IMG/VR virus record: IMGVR_UViG_3300043411_000921
Span: 62,001-126,000 of that record
Strand: one strand, 5' to 3'
Length of the DNA: 64,000 bases
Part shown: piece by piece, positions 28,500 through 39,701 of the stretch
Position numbering within the stretch: the first letter of the stretch is position 1
How the letters are laid out: the number at the start of each line of letters is the position of its first letter
The notes under the pieces: model-generated
The model's input: only the letters and a program-made list of their open reading frames with translations
Databases searched by the model: none
Told to the model about the DNA's origin: nothing
Made by a program: the position numbers and the translations under genes

Positions 28500-30359
28500 G
28501 TGGATACACGCAACAACGCTTCTTCTCAGCCCATTCGGGCAAGAAAATACATCAACAAGGACTTTGATTCTTTCAGAGCAGACCTTGAAGAATACGCACG
28601 AACCTTTTTTCCCAACCAAATTCAAGACTTTTCTCCAAACGGCTTTGGTGGTTTGCTCATCGAACTTGCAGCTTATGTTGGTGACGTTCAATCTCTCTAT
28701 CTCGATCATCAGTTCGGTGAACTTAATGCTGAAACAGCAGTCGAGTCAAAAAACCTTGAGAAACTTTTGAGAGAGGCTGGGGTTCCGATTGTCGGAGCCG
28801 CTCCAGCAGTCCTTCCCGTCACCTTTTACGCAAGGATCCCAGCCAATTCACAAGGTTCATACGACACAACAGCCCTGCCAATCTTCAAAGAAGGAACCAT
28901 TGTCAACTCAAATCCAGGCATTCCCTTCCAGCTTCTTTCAGACGTAGAATTACACCTAACAAAGAGCGATGGAACTCCAGCCGCTGGAATTTCTTACTCC
29001 ATTGGTGAAGTTGACAACAATGGGAATCCAGTCAACTACATCTTCTCAGCAAATGGAACATGCCTCTCCAGTACAACAACTTCTGAAACCTTCAGCGTCT
29101 CTGGATTTGAACCGTTCAAGACCTACACACTCACCAACCGAGATGTAAACGAAATCCTTTCCGTTGTTGACAGTGATGGAAACACTTACTACGAAGTTGA
29201 ATTCCTAACACAAGACACCGTTTTCAAATCAATCGCAAATAACATTCCACGAGGAGAATCCAGCCCGACTCAACAATACGTCGAGTCAAACCTGGAAATC
29301 CTTCCTGCGCCTTATCGTTTCTTCAAAACAACATCTCTATCAACAAGGTTGACAACGTTGACATTTGGCGGTGGTTCTGGAGCAACGATGGATGATGATT
29401 TGGTTCCAGACCCAAGCGAGGCTGCTTTGCCATTGTTTGGCAAGACAAGTTTTTCCAGGTTTTCAATTGATCCAAACAATCTTTTGAGGACATCGACGCT
29501 GGGAGCTATTGCACCTGATGTTTCAATCACTGTGACTTATAGACACGGTGGAGGTCTCAATCACAACATCCCACCAAACAACGTTTCTGAAATATCCACA
29601 TTGATCATGGAGTTTCCGAACAATCCTTCCGCTGCTGTTGCTTCTGCTGTCAGAGCTTCTGCCGATGCTAACAACAACACAAGAGGAAAAGGTGGAGATG
29701 ATCCTCCAACTCTGGATGAACTTCGTCTTCAAATTCCTTCCGCCAGGAACTCGCAATCCAGGATCGTTTCGAAAGAGGACTTGCTGGCAAGGGTTTATTC
29801 ACTTCCAGCAACCTTTGGTAGAGTTTACAGGGCAAGTATTAGAACCAATCCAGACAACCCAAACGCTGCGTTGTTGTTCCTGTTGTGTAGAAATGATTTG
29901 GGTCAGTTGACCGTTGCTCCTGACATGTTGAAGGATAACCTCGCAACGTATCTCAACCAATTCAGAATGATCTCAGATGCAATTGATATTCTGGATGGAA
30001 GAGTTGTGAACCTCCAGATCAACTACGATATCACAGTGGATCCCAGCCAAAACAGGCAACAAGTTCTCCAGAACGTTCAAAGTAAGCTGGTTCAATACTT
30101 CAACACGAACAACTTTCAAATGGATCAACCATTGTTCCTGGATGATGTGCGGAATATCATTTACAACAACATCGGTGTGCTCTCGGTGAGAGGAATCACA
30201 GTGAGGAACTTGACTGGGAATATTGGAGGCAGGGAATACAGTTCTGTGAGTTACAACGTTGATACCAACTTGGCAAATGGCTCCATTCTGATCCCTCCAA
30301 TGGGTGGAATGTTTGAGTTGAAGTTCCCAGCGTTTGACTTGATTGGTAGGGTCAGTTAG
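28500..30359 (+). CDS. Baseplate wedge subunit, T4 gp6 / baseplate J-like
   Basis: YINKDFDSFRADL...DFS...LLIELAAYVGD...YLD, QSRIVSKEDL. Confidence 0.85.
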   Translation: MDTRNNASSQPIRARKYINKDFDSFRADLEEYARTFFPNQIQDFSPNGFGGLLIELAAYVGDVQSLYLDHQFGELNAETAVESKNLEKLLREAGVPIVGAAPAVLPVTFYARIPANSQGSYDTTALPIFKEGTIVNSNPGIPFQLLSDVELHLTKSDGTPAAGISYSIGEVDNNGNPVNYIFSANGTCLSSTTTSETFSVSGFEPFKTYTLTNRDVNEILSVVDSDGNTYYEVEFLTQDTVFKSIANNIPRGESSPTQQYVESNLEILPAPYRFFKTTSLSTRLTTLTFGGGSGATMDDDLVPDPSEAALPLFGKTSFSRFSIDPNNLLRTSTLGAIAPDVSITVTYRHGGGLNHNIPPNNVSEISTLIMEFPNNPSAAVASAVRASADANNNTRGKGGDDPPTLDELRLQIPSARNSQSRIVSKEDLLARVYSLPATFGRVYRASIRTNPDNPNAALLFLLCRNDLGQLTVAPDMLKDNLATYLNQFRMISDAIDILDGRVVNLQINYDITVDPSQNRQQVLQNVQSKLVQYFNTNNFQMDQPLFLDDVRNIIYNNIGVLSVRGITVRNLTGNIGGREYSSVSYNVDTNLANGSILIPPMGGMFELKFPAFDLIGRVS

Positions 30360-30369
30360 CAGGGGGTTG

Positions 30370-30375
30370 TATTTA
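30370..30375 (+). promoter_or_regulatory. Putative late promoter core TATTTA
   Basis: 13 nt before ATG 30389; adjacent ATCGG/CCGAT inverted repeat covers the AT of the start codon. Confidence 0.45.
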
Positions 30376-30388
30376 TCGGAATAACCCG

Positions 30389-31993
30389 ATGTACCGAAAA
30401 CTCCGTGCTGACAAAGACTCATACGTCACAAAAAAAATCATCGACAGCAGCAGACCAACACTCTCCAGGTCAACGGATGCCAACGTCGGGCAAGCTGGAA
30501 CCCTTGATCTGTTCAAACTCTACAACGCAACTCCAGTTCCCTCTGGAACTTCAGGGGTGGAACTTACCAGAGCAGTCATTCACTTCAACCTCGATCCGAT
30601 TGCCTCCTTAACAAGTTCAATCATCAACCCCAACCATTCTTCCTTCAAATGTTTCTTGTCGATGAAGGATGTGAATGGTGGTCAAACTGTTCCCTCCAAC
30701 TTCTCTCTTGTCGTCAACCCTTTGGGAAAGGCTTTTTCAGAAGGAAGAGGAAATGACGTTGTTGGATTTAGGGATTTGGATGCAGTGAACTGGTTTACAG
30801 CTTCCATTGATGGTGGAGTTGTTACCCCTTGGACCAGTGGTGGGATTGGCTATGGTGGGGAATCCTCCGATGGAAGTGCTGACTATATTACTCATCTTTC
30901 TTCCCCCTCTCTTGGTTATGTTCCACTAACCTTCTCCCAGAGCTTTGCCAGAGGTGACGAAGACCTTCTCATCGACATTACTTCTTTTGTCAGTGTTTCT
31001 CTTGCTGGAGCAGTTCCAAACTACGGCTTTAGGATTGCTTTTAGCGGCTCCCAGGAAACGGACACGGTAACAAGATTTGTCAAAAGGTTCAGCAGCAGAC
31101 AATCCAGAAACAGTAACCTTCATCCGACTCTTGTGGTGAAATACAACGATACCTTCTTCGACAATCAAGCACACCTTCTTCTGGACAGAAACAATAAGGT
31201 TGGCGTATACAACTCGGTATTCGGATCCCCAGCCAACTTTATTTCTGGAAGCACGCCTGTTTCCGGTTCAGGAAGCATCATGCTCGAACTGGTTGCAAGT
31301 CAAAGTGCTTATGTCACGGCAACAACGTACAGCTTCAGCCACCAGAGAACGATCACCTACACTTCCTCAAGCTGGAACTATTTTTCCCAGAGCTTCACAG
31401 GTTCTCAAATCTCTTTTGCTGGGAATGGGATTTATCAGACCGGAAGTTATTATGCCGACGTGTTTATCCAGAAGGCAGCAGCAGGCTTATCTGGGGTCTT
31501 GAAGCCAGATGGCTCCGTTGATATGATCCCGGTCTGGAAGTCGCCGGATAATGCCGTTACGTTCGACGTAGGCCCATCCCTGACCTTCTTCCCCCAACAA
31601 GGGAAAGCCTCCGTTGCTGGATCGAGGAACTACATCACAAACGTTGTGAATCTACAAGAAGTGTATGGAAATTCTGATGTTGTGGCAATGAGAGTTCTTA
31701 CAGTTGACTTTGATACGACCCTAACAAGCTTTTACAGTCCATACCAAATCAAACCAAAACTGTTTGAGAATATGCAGTGGAGAATTATTGATCCGTTTTC
31801 CAAGGAAGTGATCATTCCCTTTGATGAAGTCGGAACAAAGTTGTCTGCTGATGGTGAAGGCATGTACTTCAAGGTCTACATGGAAGATCTACCAATCAAC
31901 AGAATTTATGAACTTGAGTTCTTGATCAAAGAGAACGGCGAAGCAAACCTCGTTCAAAACAAAGGGTTTACCTTCATGGTGATTCAACAATGA
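30389..31993 (+). CDS. Virion structural protein (DNRLRE-like N-terminus)
   Basis: ADKDSYV...DANVG...RAVIHFNL; Ser/Gly-rich beta composition; baseplate operon. Confidence 0.5.
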   Translation: MYRKLRADKDSYVTKKIIDSSRPTLSRSTDANVGQAGTLDLFKLYNATPVPSGTSGVELTRAVIHFNLDPIASLTSSIINPNHSSFKCFLSMKDVNGGQTVPSNFSLVVNPLGKAFSEGRGNDVVGFRDLDAVNWFTASIDGGVVTPWTSGGIGYGGESSDGSADYITHLSSPSLGYVPLTFSQSFARGDEDLLIDITSFVSVSLAGAVPNYGFRIAFSGSQETDTVTRFVKRFSSRQSRNSNLHPTLVVKYNDTFFDNQAHLLLDRNNKVGVYNSVFGSPANFISGSTPVSGSGSIMLELVASQSAYVTATTYSFSHQRTITYTSSSWNYFSQSFTGSQISFAGNGIYQTGSYYADVFIQKAAAGLSGVLKPDGSVDMIPVWKSPDNAVTFDVGPSLTFFPQQGKASVAGSRNYITNVVNLQEVYGNSDVVAMRVLTVDFDTTLTSFYSPYQIKPKLFENMQWRIIDPFSKEVIIPFDEVGTKLSADGEGMYFKVYMEDLPINRIYELEFLIKENGEANLVQNKGFTFMVIQQ

Positions 31994-34900
31994 CACCAAT
32001 CCAGAGGCTTTTGAAACTCAAGCCAAGCCTTTTCAGCCCTTCTGTTGTTCGTGGAGTAACAAATCCCGATGGTGGTTTGTCCTCCTTCTCTTCTGAGAAC
32101 GGACAATATGTTGTTGATTCCGCAATTGGAGAAACCGGATCATTCAGATATGATCCCATTGGTTCTGGAATCAAGTCAACACAACAACTGAATGTTGACT
32201 GGACTGCGTTCGAGAACCATGTGTTTTTTAACTCTGCTGAAGTGAAGGTGAATGCTGCCTTCAACAAGATTTTCGACAGGTATCCTTTTGATGGAACCAG
32301 GAGAGAAACGGAGTTGTTCTTTGATGGAATGACTGGATATGAAAACTACGTCTACACCAACCTTCCAAAAAACAAAGGATACCTCTTCTTCTCTGGATCA
32401 AACCCTGGAGACGCAAACGGCAGAGGAACTTTTGTCACAGTCAAAGACTCGGCAGGTTCTTCCTTTCCTCTGTTGACAAGAGTTCCGAATGGAGCGTCAA
32501 GGCTGGATCCCACAACAAGCTCAATCAGCTTTGAAATGCAGATTTGTGTTGCAACAGGCTCAAACCTGAATCAAATCGTGTTTCAGAAGTACAACCCAGC
32601 ATTAGAACAGGGATTTGGATGTTTTCTTTCACAGAGTTCTAATCCACTCACAGCGGACCTTACATTTTTCGTTGCTTCCGGTTCTGTTTCAACCATGTCC
32701 ACTTCTTTGCCTTTGGTGAAAGGAGTATGGACACCTGTTTCATTTGTTTGGAATCGTCGAAGCGGCAACAACAGGATTTTTGGTTATGTCAGTGGATCAT
32801 TGGTTGCAAGCAGCAGTCAAGTGACCATCAGAAGCCTCGGAATAACCTCTGCGAGCTTTATCCTGGGCTCTGGAAGCAATATCACCACTCCAGTGTTCGA
32901 GCCACAACAAACATTTTCTGGGGCCATTGACGAGTTCCGATACTGGAAGAAGATTATTGCCCCAGCCGACATGGTTTTGAACCAAAGCGGAAGTGTTTAT
33001 GCGCAGCCGGATTTGGCTCTGTACTTCAAATTCAATGAACCAAGTGGAAGCTCAACCAACCTTGTCTTGGATCACAGCGGGCAAGGAATGCACGGAACGC
33101 TGAATTCGTATGCTCTTTCAACTCTCAGAGTTAGAAACATTGCAACAGGAGCTTACTTTGGTCCAAGTCCAATGATCTATGAAGATGAGAGGAAGTGCCC
33201 AATCCTCTTTCCAGATCAACCAGATGTTGTTTCTTATAGAGAAACTCTGCTGGATGATGCAACCTCTTATGATTCCTACAACCCGAATCTCATCATCAAG
33301 CTTGTTCCAAAACACTTTCTCACAATGGGGCAAGAAGAAGATGCCCTGGAAACAGAAGAAGGTGGAATCAACACCTTGGAGTATGGTTCTGAACCAAACA
33401 CGGCCAGATTGGGTGGAACCCAATCCATTCTATCTCTGCTTTATCTTTGGGCCGGATTCTTCGATGAGTTAAAATTGTTCCTGGATGCTTTTTCAACGTT
33501 GAGACACGTTGACTATGATTCAGAAGACACGGTTCCCGATGCGTTTTTGATGCAGTTGGCAAAGTTCTATGGTTTGGAGCTTCCTCCGTTGTTCAACAAC
33601 TCCTCAATCAACCAATTCATCAATGGTTCAAACATCACCCCAGACATCGTGAATTCCGAGAACACCCTGCAATATCTCCAGAATCAAGTTTGGAGAAGAA
33701 TTCTTGTGAATGCGAATGACATTCTGAAGAGCAAGGGAACGGTTCACGGAATCAAGGCATTGTTGAGGGCTGTTGGTATTGAAGGAGACAACATCTTCAG
33801 ATTTAGAGAGTATGGAGGACCAACACAAAGAACTTTGACAGGACTCCGTGAAACCAGAAATGAAGTTGGAGCGATGTTGAGTTTCTTGAGTGGTGGGTAT
33901 ATCCGCTCCCCCGAACTCTCAGGAAGTAGAATAGAACCAGGAACGCCACTACCCATTGGATCATTTGTTTATGACTCAAATGGAAAGCCAACCGACACAA
34001 CAAGTCGGCACGATGGTTTGTTCACAAGCGGCTCTTGGACCTTTGAAGCAATCTACAATTTTCCTGGATTGCCAACAACTAGTTCCATTCAAAGTTTGGT
34101 TCGTGTTATGTCAACTGGTTCAACTGCTGATGAAAACGTTCTCCTGAATCTTGTTGCCACTTCTGGATCTGGCTTGACATTGGTCGCTAGACCAAACTCA
34201 GCGATGAATGCAACTGTCCTTACAATGTCTCTTGGAGTCCCAACCATCATGGATGGACAGCCCTGGAATATCTCTTTTGGTAGAACCAGAGGAGATTTGA
34301 TCGGTCAAGTGTCCTCTTCTTACTTTCTTAGGGCTGGAAGAAATAGTTTGGGTGTTGTTGCCGAGGTTTACACAACCTCTTCATTGTTCGACGACAATTT
34401 CAATGGAAATCCAGCCAATAACCTTTGGCAAGTTAGAGATGGCACGGGAAGTGTTCCGTTCCTTGCTATTGGCAGTGGAAGCAACGCTATCCCAACCAAC
34501 ACAAACTTCGCCAATGAAAACAATCTCCAGATTTTCACTGGAAGGGTAGGTCAGATTCGTTGGTGGACCAAGGCATTGTCAGTAGACGAATGGAGCGAAC
34601 ACGTCAGAGACTACAAATCCCTGGGTGTTTCTAACCCGAAAGTCAACTTCAACTTTGACACAACAATTTCGGGATCATTTGAAAGACTCAGAGGGGATTG
34701 GTCAACGGATCAACCAACAATCCAGACAACAAACGCCGGAACCTTGGAAGTGTTTGACTTCTCACAAAACAACTTTCACGCAACCGGATCAAGATTTCCA
34801 ACAAGTAGCACTGTTGTGCTTCCTCAAAGGTTTTACTATTCCTTCCTTTCCCCAAGCTTTGACGAAGGTGTCACCGCCGAGAAAGTTAGAGTCAGAAGTT

Positions 34901-35418
34901 ATCAAGATTTGACGAATGTACTGGGGGATGAAGCACAATATTCTTCTCTTGCTCCTGTCTATGAAATCTCTCAAGAACAGATTCCCCAAGACACAGGAAG
35001 GTTCAGCATCGACTTCAGTCTAACGGACGCTTTGGACCAAGACATTATTGGAATGTTTTCCTCTTTGGATGAATTCAACAACTACATTGGGAGTCCAAAC
35101 CAAATGTTCTCTGAGGATTATGTTGACTTGGAGAACCTTCAAGACATCTACTTCCATCGGCTCACAAGCAAATTGAACGTGCGTGGATTCTACGACTTCT
35201 ACAAGTGGTTCAACACCAATCTTGGAAGCCTGATTGAACAACTTATTCCAGGCAAGACTTCGTTTGATGGCATCAACTATGTCGTTACCAGCCACGTTCT
35301 TGAAAGAAACAAGGTGCGTTATCACTCCGAAGACATGTACCTTGGGGAATCAAACAGAAACAAACAAAAAGAACAACTCTATCTCCAGTTGTTCACAGGA
35401 ATGCTGAGGAAATACTGA
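31990..35418 (+). CDS. Large baseplate/tail protein with LamG-like and gpI/gp7-like segments
   Basis: FSGAIDEFRYW, FTGRVGQIRWW (LamG); VPDAFL...FYGLEL...RRILVN...LKSKGT...IKALLRAVG. Confidence 0.65.
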   Translation: MTPIQRLLKLKPSLFSPSVVRGVTNPDGGLSSFSSENGQYVVDSAIGETGSFRYDPIGSGIKSTQQLNVDWTAFENHVFFNSAEVKVNAAFNKIFDRYPFDGTRRETELFFDGMTGYENYVYTNLPKNKGYLFFSGSNPGDANGRGTFVTVKDSAGSSFPLLTRVPNGASRLDPTTSSISFEMQICVATGSNLNQIVFQKYNPALEQGFGCFLSQSSNPLTADLTFFVASGSVSTMSTSLPLVKGVWTPVSFVWNRRSGNNRIFGYVSGSLVASSSQVTIRSLGITSASFILGSGSNITTPVFEPQQTFSGAIDEFRYWKKIIAPADMVLNQSGSVYAQPDLALYFKFNEPSGSSTNLVLDHSGQGMHGTLNSYALSTLRVRNIATGAYFGPSPMIYEDERKCPILFPDQPDVVSYRETLLDDATSYDSYNPNLIIKLVPKHFLTMGQEEDALETEEGGINTLEYGSEPNTARLGGTQSILSLLYLWAGFFDELKLFLDAFSTLRHVDYDSEDTVPDAFLMQLAKFYGLELPPLFNNSSINQFINGSNITPDIVNSENTLQYLQNQVWRRILVNANDILKSKGTVHGIKALLRAVGIEGDNIFRFREYGGPTQRTLTGLRETRNEVGAMLSFLSGGYIRSPELSGSRIEPGTPLPIGSFVYDSNGKPTDTTSRHDGLFTSGSWTFEAIYNFPGLPTTSSIQSLVRVMSTGSTADENVLLNLVATSGSGLTLVARPNSAMNATVLTMSLGVPTIMDGQPWNISFGRTRGDLIGQVSSSYFLRAGRNSLGVVAEVYTTSSLFDDNFNGNPANNLWQVRDGTGSVPFLAIGSGSNAIPTNTNFANENNLQIFTGRVGQIRWWTKALSVDEWSEHVRDYKSLGVSNPKVNFNFDTTISGSFERLRGDWSTDQPTIQTTNAGTLEVFDFSQNNFHATGSRFPTSSTVVLPQRFYYSFLSPSFDEGVTAEKVRVRSYQDLTNVLGDEAQYSSLAPVYEISQEQIPQDTGRFSIDFSLTDALDQDIIGMFSSLDEFNNYIGSPNQMFSEDYVDLENLQDIYFHRLTSKLNVRGFYDFYKWFNTNLGSLIEQLIPGKTSFDGINYVVTSHVLERNKVRYHSEDMYLGESNRNKQKEQLYLQLFTGMLRKY

Positions 35419-35419
35419 C

Positions 35420-36247
35420 ATGACAATCCAGCCGTTTAACGATATTCCTTTTCACTATGGAAAGGTCAACAGGAGGATGGTTGTGTCTGGTGGTATTGAC
35501 ACAACAGCGATTGACAATTTCAGGGAAGGTGTTTCGGTAAGAACAACCCAAGACATTTACGGATCCAATCAAATCAAGATCTTTTTCTGTGATCCGGTAA
35601 CTCAACCCAACGGCCTTGCCACCCACGAAGCGCCTTTCGTCAACAGCTTTGGGCAACCTCCTTTGATCGTTGGCACCCCAACTTTCACCGATTCGACCCT
35701 TCTGATTGAAGGAGAAACCTCAACCAATCAAATCCCAAGGATGGTTGATTACCTCATCTCTTCCGACAAACCAACAACTGGTTCCTATAAGACTTACACC
35801 AACGCAGGGAATGGTTTTAGGGAAGAAGCAATCATTCCCAGCCCAACAACTCATGGAAACCTTGAAAATGGTTCCCTTTCTTCTGTTGGAAACCCGGAGG
35901 TTGAACAGATGGTTTTCAGGCGGAAGAATGGGTATGTCAGACCTTTCCTGGAGCAAGATGCTTGGGTGCTTTCGACCAACAATGTCATCTCAACTGGGCT
36001 GACTGTTTCCGACAAACTGATTCCAGAGATTGTTCCTTGGACTGATGAGGGTGAAGGGAATTATTTCCCGGAACTTCTTGGGGCTTCTGATCTTGTCAAG
36101 GGCAACGAGGCTTACAACCCTTCAGATTCATTTTTGCAGACGAGAGATAAGAAGAGTGCGACTGCTGGGTATTCGTACTACGGAGGCAATGCAGCCGTTT
36201 ATGGAACTGATTCTGTGGCTTTTGGAGGGTTGTTTCGGGGCAGTTGA
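35420..36247 (+). CDS. Putative structural protein
   Basis: 275-aa ORF coupled within the tail operon. Confidence 0.5.
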   Translation: MTIQPFNDIPFHYGKVNRRMVVSGGIDTTAIDNFREGVSVRTTQDIYGSNQIKIFFCDPVTQPNGLATHEAPFVNSFGQPPLIVGTPTFTDSTLLIEGETSTNQIPRMVDYLISSDKPTTGSYKTYTNAGNGFREEAIIPSPTTHGNLENGSLSSVGNPEVEQMVFRRKNGYVRPFLEQDAWVLSTNNVISTGLTVSDKLIPEIVPWTDEGEGNYFPELLGASDLVKGNEAYNPSDSFLQTRDKKSATAGYSYYGGNAAVYGTDSVAFGGLFRGS

Positions 36248-36256
36248 AGGATTTCC

Positions 36257-36262
36257 TACTTA
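36257..36262 (+). promoter_or_regulatory. Putative late promoter core TACTTA
   Basis: TACTTAGG 10 nt before ATG 36273, same spacing as at 25441. Confidence 0.45.
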
Positions 36263-36272
36263 GGGCATCGAC

Positions 36273-38504
36273 ATGGCCAGAACCCAAAAAGGCACGAGAG
36301 CAAGAGGTCTTCCTCCCAAACTCCTCTTGTCCAGAAAACAAGAAACAACTGGAAGCTTCCCAACCGTCTGGAGAACTTCTTCTGACAATCGAACAGGAAG
36401 GTATGGCAGGTTCTTTGATGATGCAAAAACCATGCCATTTGATCAACAAGTCACCTATGACACCAACCTGTTTGCAGCCTATGAAGAAAAAGAAGTCACA
36501 GTAACTTATCCTTCTTCCACAGCTTCGGTTGGATTTGATTATTCCTTTGGCGGCAATCCAATTGTTGTCATTACAGAACTCTCTGCCTCTGATGGAAGTA
36601 CGGTCAACAGCTTTATTTCCTCCCTCTCGGGTTCCAGCTTTACAGCAAGTTTCTCGGCTCCCTTCGCGGGAAGTTTTGTTTATAGAGCACTGTATGATTC
36701 TCCTGTTGGAGAAGTGAGAACCGTCGTCAGGTCGCCAAGGTTTCCATCTTCATATTCCAAGGTGGTTGCCACATTCGCAGCTATGGGTGGAGTAAACACA
36801 GCAGAAGGAACCTTCTCCGACTTCGGTTCAACACCTTCCAGCAGCTTTGTTACCTTCTACGATCAACTTCAAACAGGTCTTGCAAACGTTTCTGCAAGTG
36901 TAACCTACCTCTCAAACACATCCTTCGCCCTGACTTCTAGCGCCAACACAGACGCAGAAGCCTATTTTCTTGGTTCTTCAAACGCAACAACGATTCCTAC
37001 CCCGCAAGGGATTGTGTATCCCCTGGTTATGACACCAGAAGCCATCTCCAAGGGCCTTTCTGGAGAAGATCAAGCCGAGCTTTACAAACAAGCTTACCTT
37101 ATCTCTGGAAGTCTTGTAAACCAACCCATTGTTACTTCTGGAAAAATGGTTCGGAACGTTTCTGATGCGTTCGTGACATTCACCCCAGGACAATATCTGG
37201 AGCCTTGGGAGGTAAGGGAGGGTAGATTCCCTTCAAGTTCTTTTTACCTGACCGGAAGCGCCGTTTCTGTGGCGGGAACGGGGTTCCAACAGCCTCTCTG
37301 GTCGAAGAATATGATTGAGATGGATTTGACTCCTTCAACAGGGCAGACTTTTTCAGCGTTGAAGGGTCCAGGGAATGGGAGTTATCCAATGGCTTACTGG
37401 AATCCCACTTCCAAGCTTTATGAGGGGATTGGATCCGGCAAAGGTATTGACAGTTATTCATCGGGTTTAACGGGTTTGAGAGATGCTTTGGCTGAACAGG
37501 TTTTTGGTTTTGCTCCTTCTGTTGATGATGGAGCAGCCCTGAAAGCGTTTCCACAGGGAGCCTACAACATCATCGGAAGACCTATAAGCAACTACGGTTT
37601 CCCATATCACTCAAAATTCCAACCAACCTCCTCTCAATTGATTCCAGCATCCAACATCATTTCCGAGCCGTTTCTTTTGGAGAAAGTTGTGCTGGAGATA
37701 AGTGGAACGCTCACCGTCCCAGCCGTTTCCTCCACAGCAGTGATGACTTTTTTTCTTTTGAATCGTCGTGCTGCGACCCCGAATCAAATCATTGGGCAAC
37801 AGACGATTGGCTACGTTGCTAGCTCATCAGCAAACGTGCTGACAACTACAACATCCTCAGTTTCCAGCACAACGTTCTTGGACTTGGTGGATCACATGCA
37901 ATTTTCCTTGAGTGCAAGTGCTGACACAAGTGCTTTCCTTCCAAGAAGAGAAGCGTTGCTGATCAAAACAACCCCTTGGGCAGGAATTATCAGTCAACAA
38001 GTGAGAATGGAATCGGTCGTGAAAAATCCAGTTGGCTACGAAGAGAGTTTTCTCATGCCGTTTAACGGGGCCTTGACAGCATACAACGCTGTCAAGTGTC
38101 AGTTGAAGTCTTCTGGTCGTAATCAATATACGGAAACAAATGGACGGGACTGGACCAACTCGTTTGTTAAACCCATTGTGATTGGAACGGCGGCGGAAAA
38201 CCTTGGTGTGACGGATGATCGTTTCCCAATCAGTAGCACATACACAAAACCAAATCCCTACATCCTCCTTCCGGGCGATCAACTTGTATTCGGATTCCAA
38301 CTTCCCGTTAGCAGGGTGAACAACGAAACAACCCACTCTTCTTTTCAGTTTGCAACCACGGGCGTAAACAGAATCACCCTCTACGGATCAACTCTAAGGT
38401 TCAATGAAGAGACAGGACAACTGGAAGAGTATCACGAAGACACACTCAACCAGCTTCTGTGTTCAGACATCATCCATGAAACCGTGATTGGAACAGAGGG
38501 ATAA
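36273..38504 (+). CDS. Putative structural protein (Ser/Thr-rich)
   Basis: 743-aa ORF in the tail operon. Confidence 0.55.
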   Translation: MARTQKGTRARGLPPKLLLSRKQETTGSFPTVWRTSSDNRTGRYGRFFDDAKTMPFDQQVTYDTNLFAAYEEKEVTVTYPSSTASVGFDYSFGGNPIVVITELSASDGSTVNSFISSLSGSSFTASFSAPFAGSFVYRALYDSPVGEVRTVVRSPRFPSSYSKVVATFAAMGGVNTAEGTFSDFGSTPSSSFVTFYDQLQTGLANVSASVTYLSNTSFALTSSANTDAEAYFLGSSNATTIPTPQGIVYPLVMTPEAISKGLSGEDQAELYKQAYLISGSLVNQPIVTSGKMVRNVSDAFVTFTPGQYLEPWEVREGRFPSSSFYLTGSAVSVAGTGFQQPLWSKNMIEMDLTPSTGQTFSALKGPGNGSYPMAYWNPTSKLYEGIGSGKGIDSYSSGLTGLRDALAEQVFGFAPSVDDGAALKAFPQGAYNIIGRPISNYGFPYHSKFQPTSSQLIPASNIISEPFLLEKVVLEISGTLTVPAVSSTAVMTFFLLNRRAATPNQIIGQQTIGYVASSSANVLTTTTSSVSSTTFLDLVDHMQFSLSASADTSAFLPRREALLIKTTPWAGIISQQVRMESVVKNPVGYEESFLMPFNGALTAYNAVKCQLKSSGRNQYTETNGRDWTNSFVKPIVIGTAAENLGVTDDRFPISSTYTKPNPYILLPGDQLVFGFQLPVSRVNNETTHSSFQFATTGVNRITLYGSTLRFNEETGQLEEYHEDTLNQLLCSDIIHETVIGTEG

Positions 38505-38507
38505 CTC

Positions 38508-39692
38508 ATGCCGCAATTCGACAACGAATCCAGACAATCACTGTATGGAACCTACACCGACAATATCATTGCTGGAAGCTCTTCGATCAATCCAGAAAGA
38601 CCTTGGACAAGAGGTGTGTATGGAAGTGTCTCTTCAGGATCCAGTGAGTTTCAGCAAACAACAAAGCTGAGTGAATATCAGCTTCAGACTGTTTACCCTT
38701 TTTACAAGAGTGGAACAGCGAGATTTTTGAGGTTGCAGAGTGTTGGACAAGTGCTGGAGGATTCGATTATGCCCAGTATCCCTTCTTTAGTTTTGACTGG
38801 GACTTATGGTTCGGGGAAAATTGGACTTCCTGGAATCTGGCCAGGTTATACGGATGAACTTGCAATGGCGAACATCATCCTTCTTTCTTCTCCTGGGGAA
38901 ACAAATGCTCTCACGTCCAGCGTTGGTGGTTTGAGAGTAAACAACATTGAATGGTGTTATTCAAGCCCGTTTGAAAAGAAGTTCTACGCCGTTCCAAAAT
39001 TTGATACATGGCCTTATCCAATCACATTTGGGCCTCTGCAAAACTCGCCACCCGTTGATGAACCTCTGTGGAAAGACAGTTCCGGGGTTACTGATGTCAA
39101 AAAATACAATCTCATTTTCATCAGGCAGCCCGAATTGTTGGGCACGAAATATTATGATTCGTTCGTCGAACGCTCTGGGTCTGGTGGAGTTTTTGGAGCA
39201 CCCAACTTTCCAACCGCAGTTACGAGTGACACTCCTCTTCTCGCAGCCAAAGTGTTTTTTGGTGTTGAACCAACAGCTATCTCAGCGGGAACCGTGATTC
39301 TCGGAACGGGTTCGGTTTACACTCAATGCTCGGGTGCAATCATTCGTGGTTGGAAATATGGTGTTGCAAGTGGTGTGCCAACCAAGTTCTCTTGCGTTTT
39401 TCGCAGAGATCGCTACGGACAACCAAGAGACATGCTAGAGGGAAGACCTTACACCAAAACCTATGCCAATCCAGAAATTGGTGGACCTTTTGATGAAGGT
39501 GGAGGAATTCGCTTTGTTTCTGGAAGTGCTCTGGCTGGGGAGAGTGACAACTGGCTGACAGCAAGCATCTATTCCAGCAATGATGTGGCAGCAGCATATC
39601 GAGCTAACCCATACGGCTCTGGGTTGTTCGACAAGGAATACAGGAGTGCCCTGCCGTGGTTCGACAATGACCCTAGAAGGGCCGGAAGGTAA
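38508..39692 (+). CDS. Putative structural protein
   Basis: 394-aa ORF in the tail operon. Confidence 0.5.
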   Translation: MPQFDNESRQSLYGTYTDNIIAGSSSINPERPWTRGVYGSVSSGSSEFQQTTKLSEYQLQTVYPFYKSGTARFLRLQSVGQVLEDSIMPSIPSLVLTGTYGSGKIGLPGIWPGYTDELAMANIILLSSPGETNALTSSVGGLRVNNIEWCYSSPFEKKFYAVPKFDTWPYPITFGPLQNSPPVDEPLWKDSSGVTDVKKYNLIFIRQPELLGTKYYDSFVERSGSGGVFGAPNFPTAVTSDTPLLAAKVFFGVEPTAISAGTVILGTGSVYTQCSGAIIRGWKYGVASGVPTKFSCVFRRDRYGQPRDMLEGRPYTKTYANPEIGGPFDEGGGIRFVSGSALAGESDNWLTASIYSSNDVAAAYRANPYGSGLFDKEYRSALPWFDNDPRRAGR

Positions 39693-39701
39693 AAGAACAC
39701 A

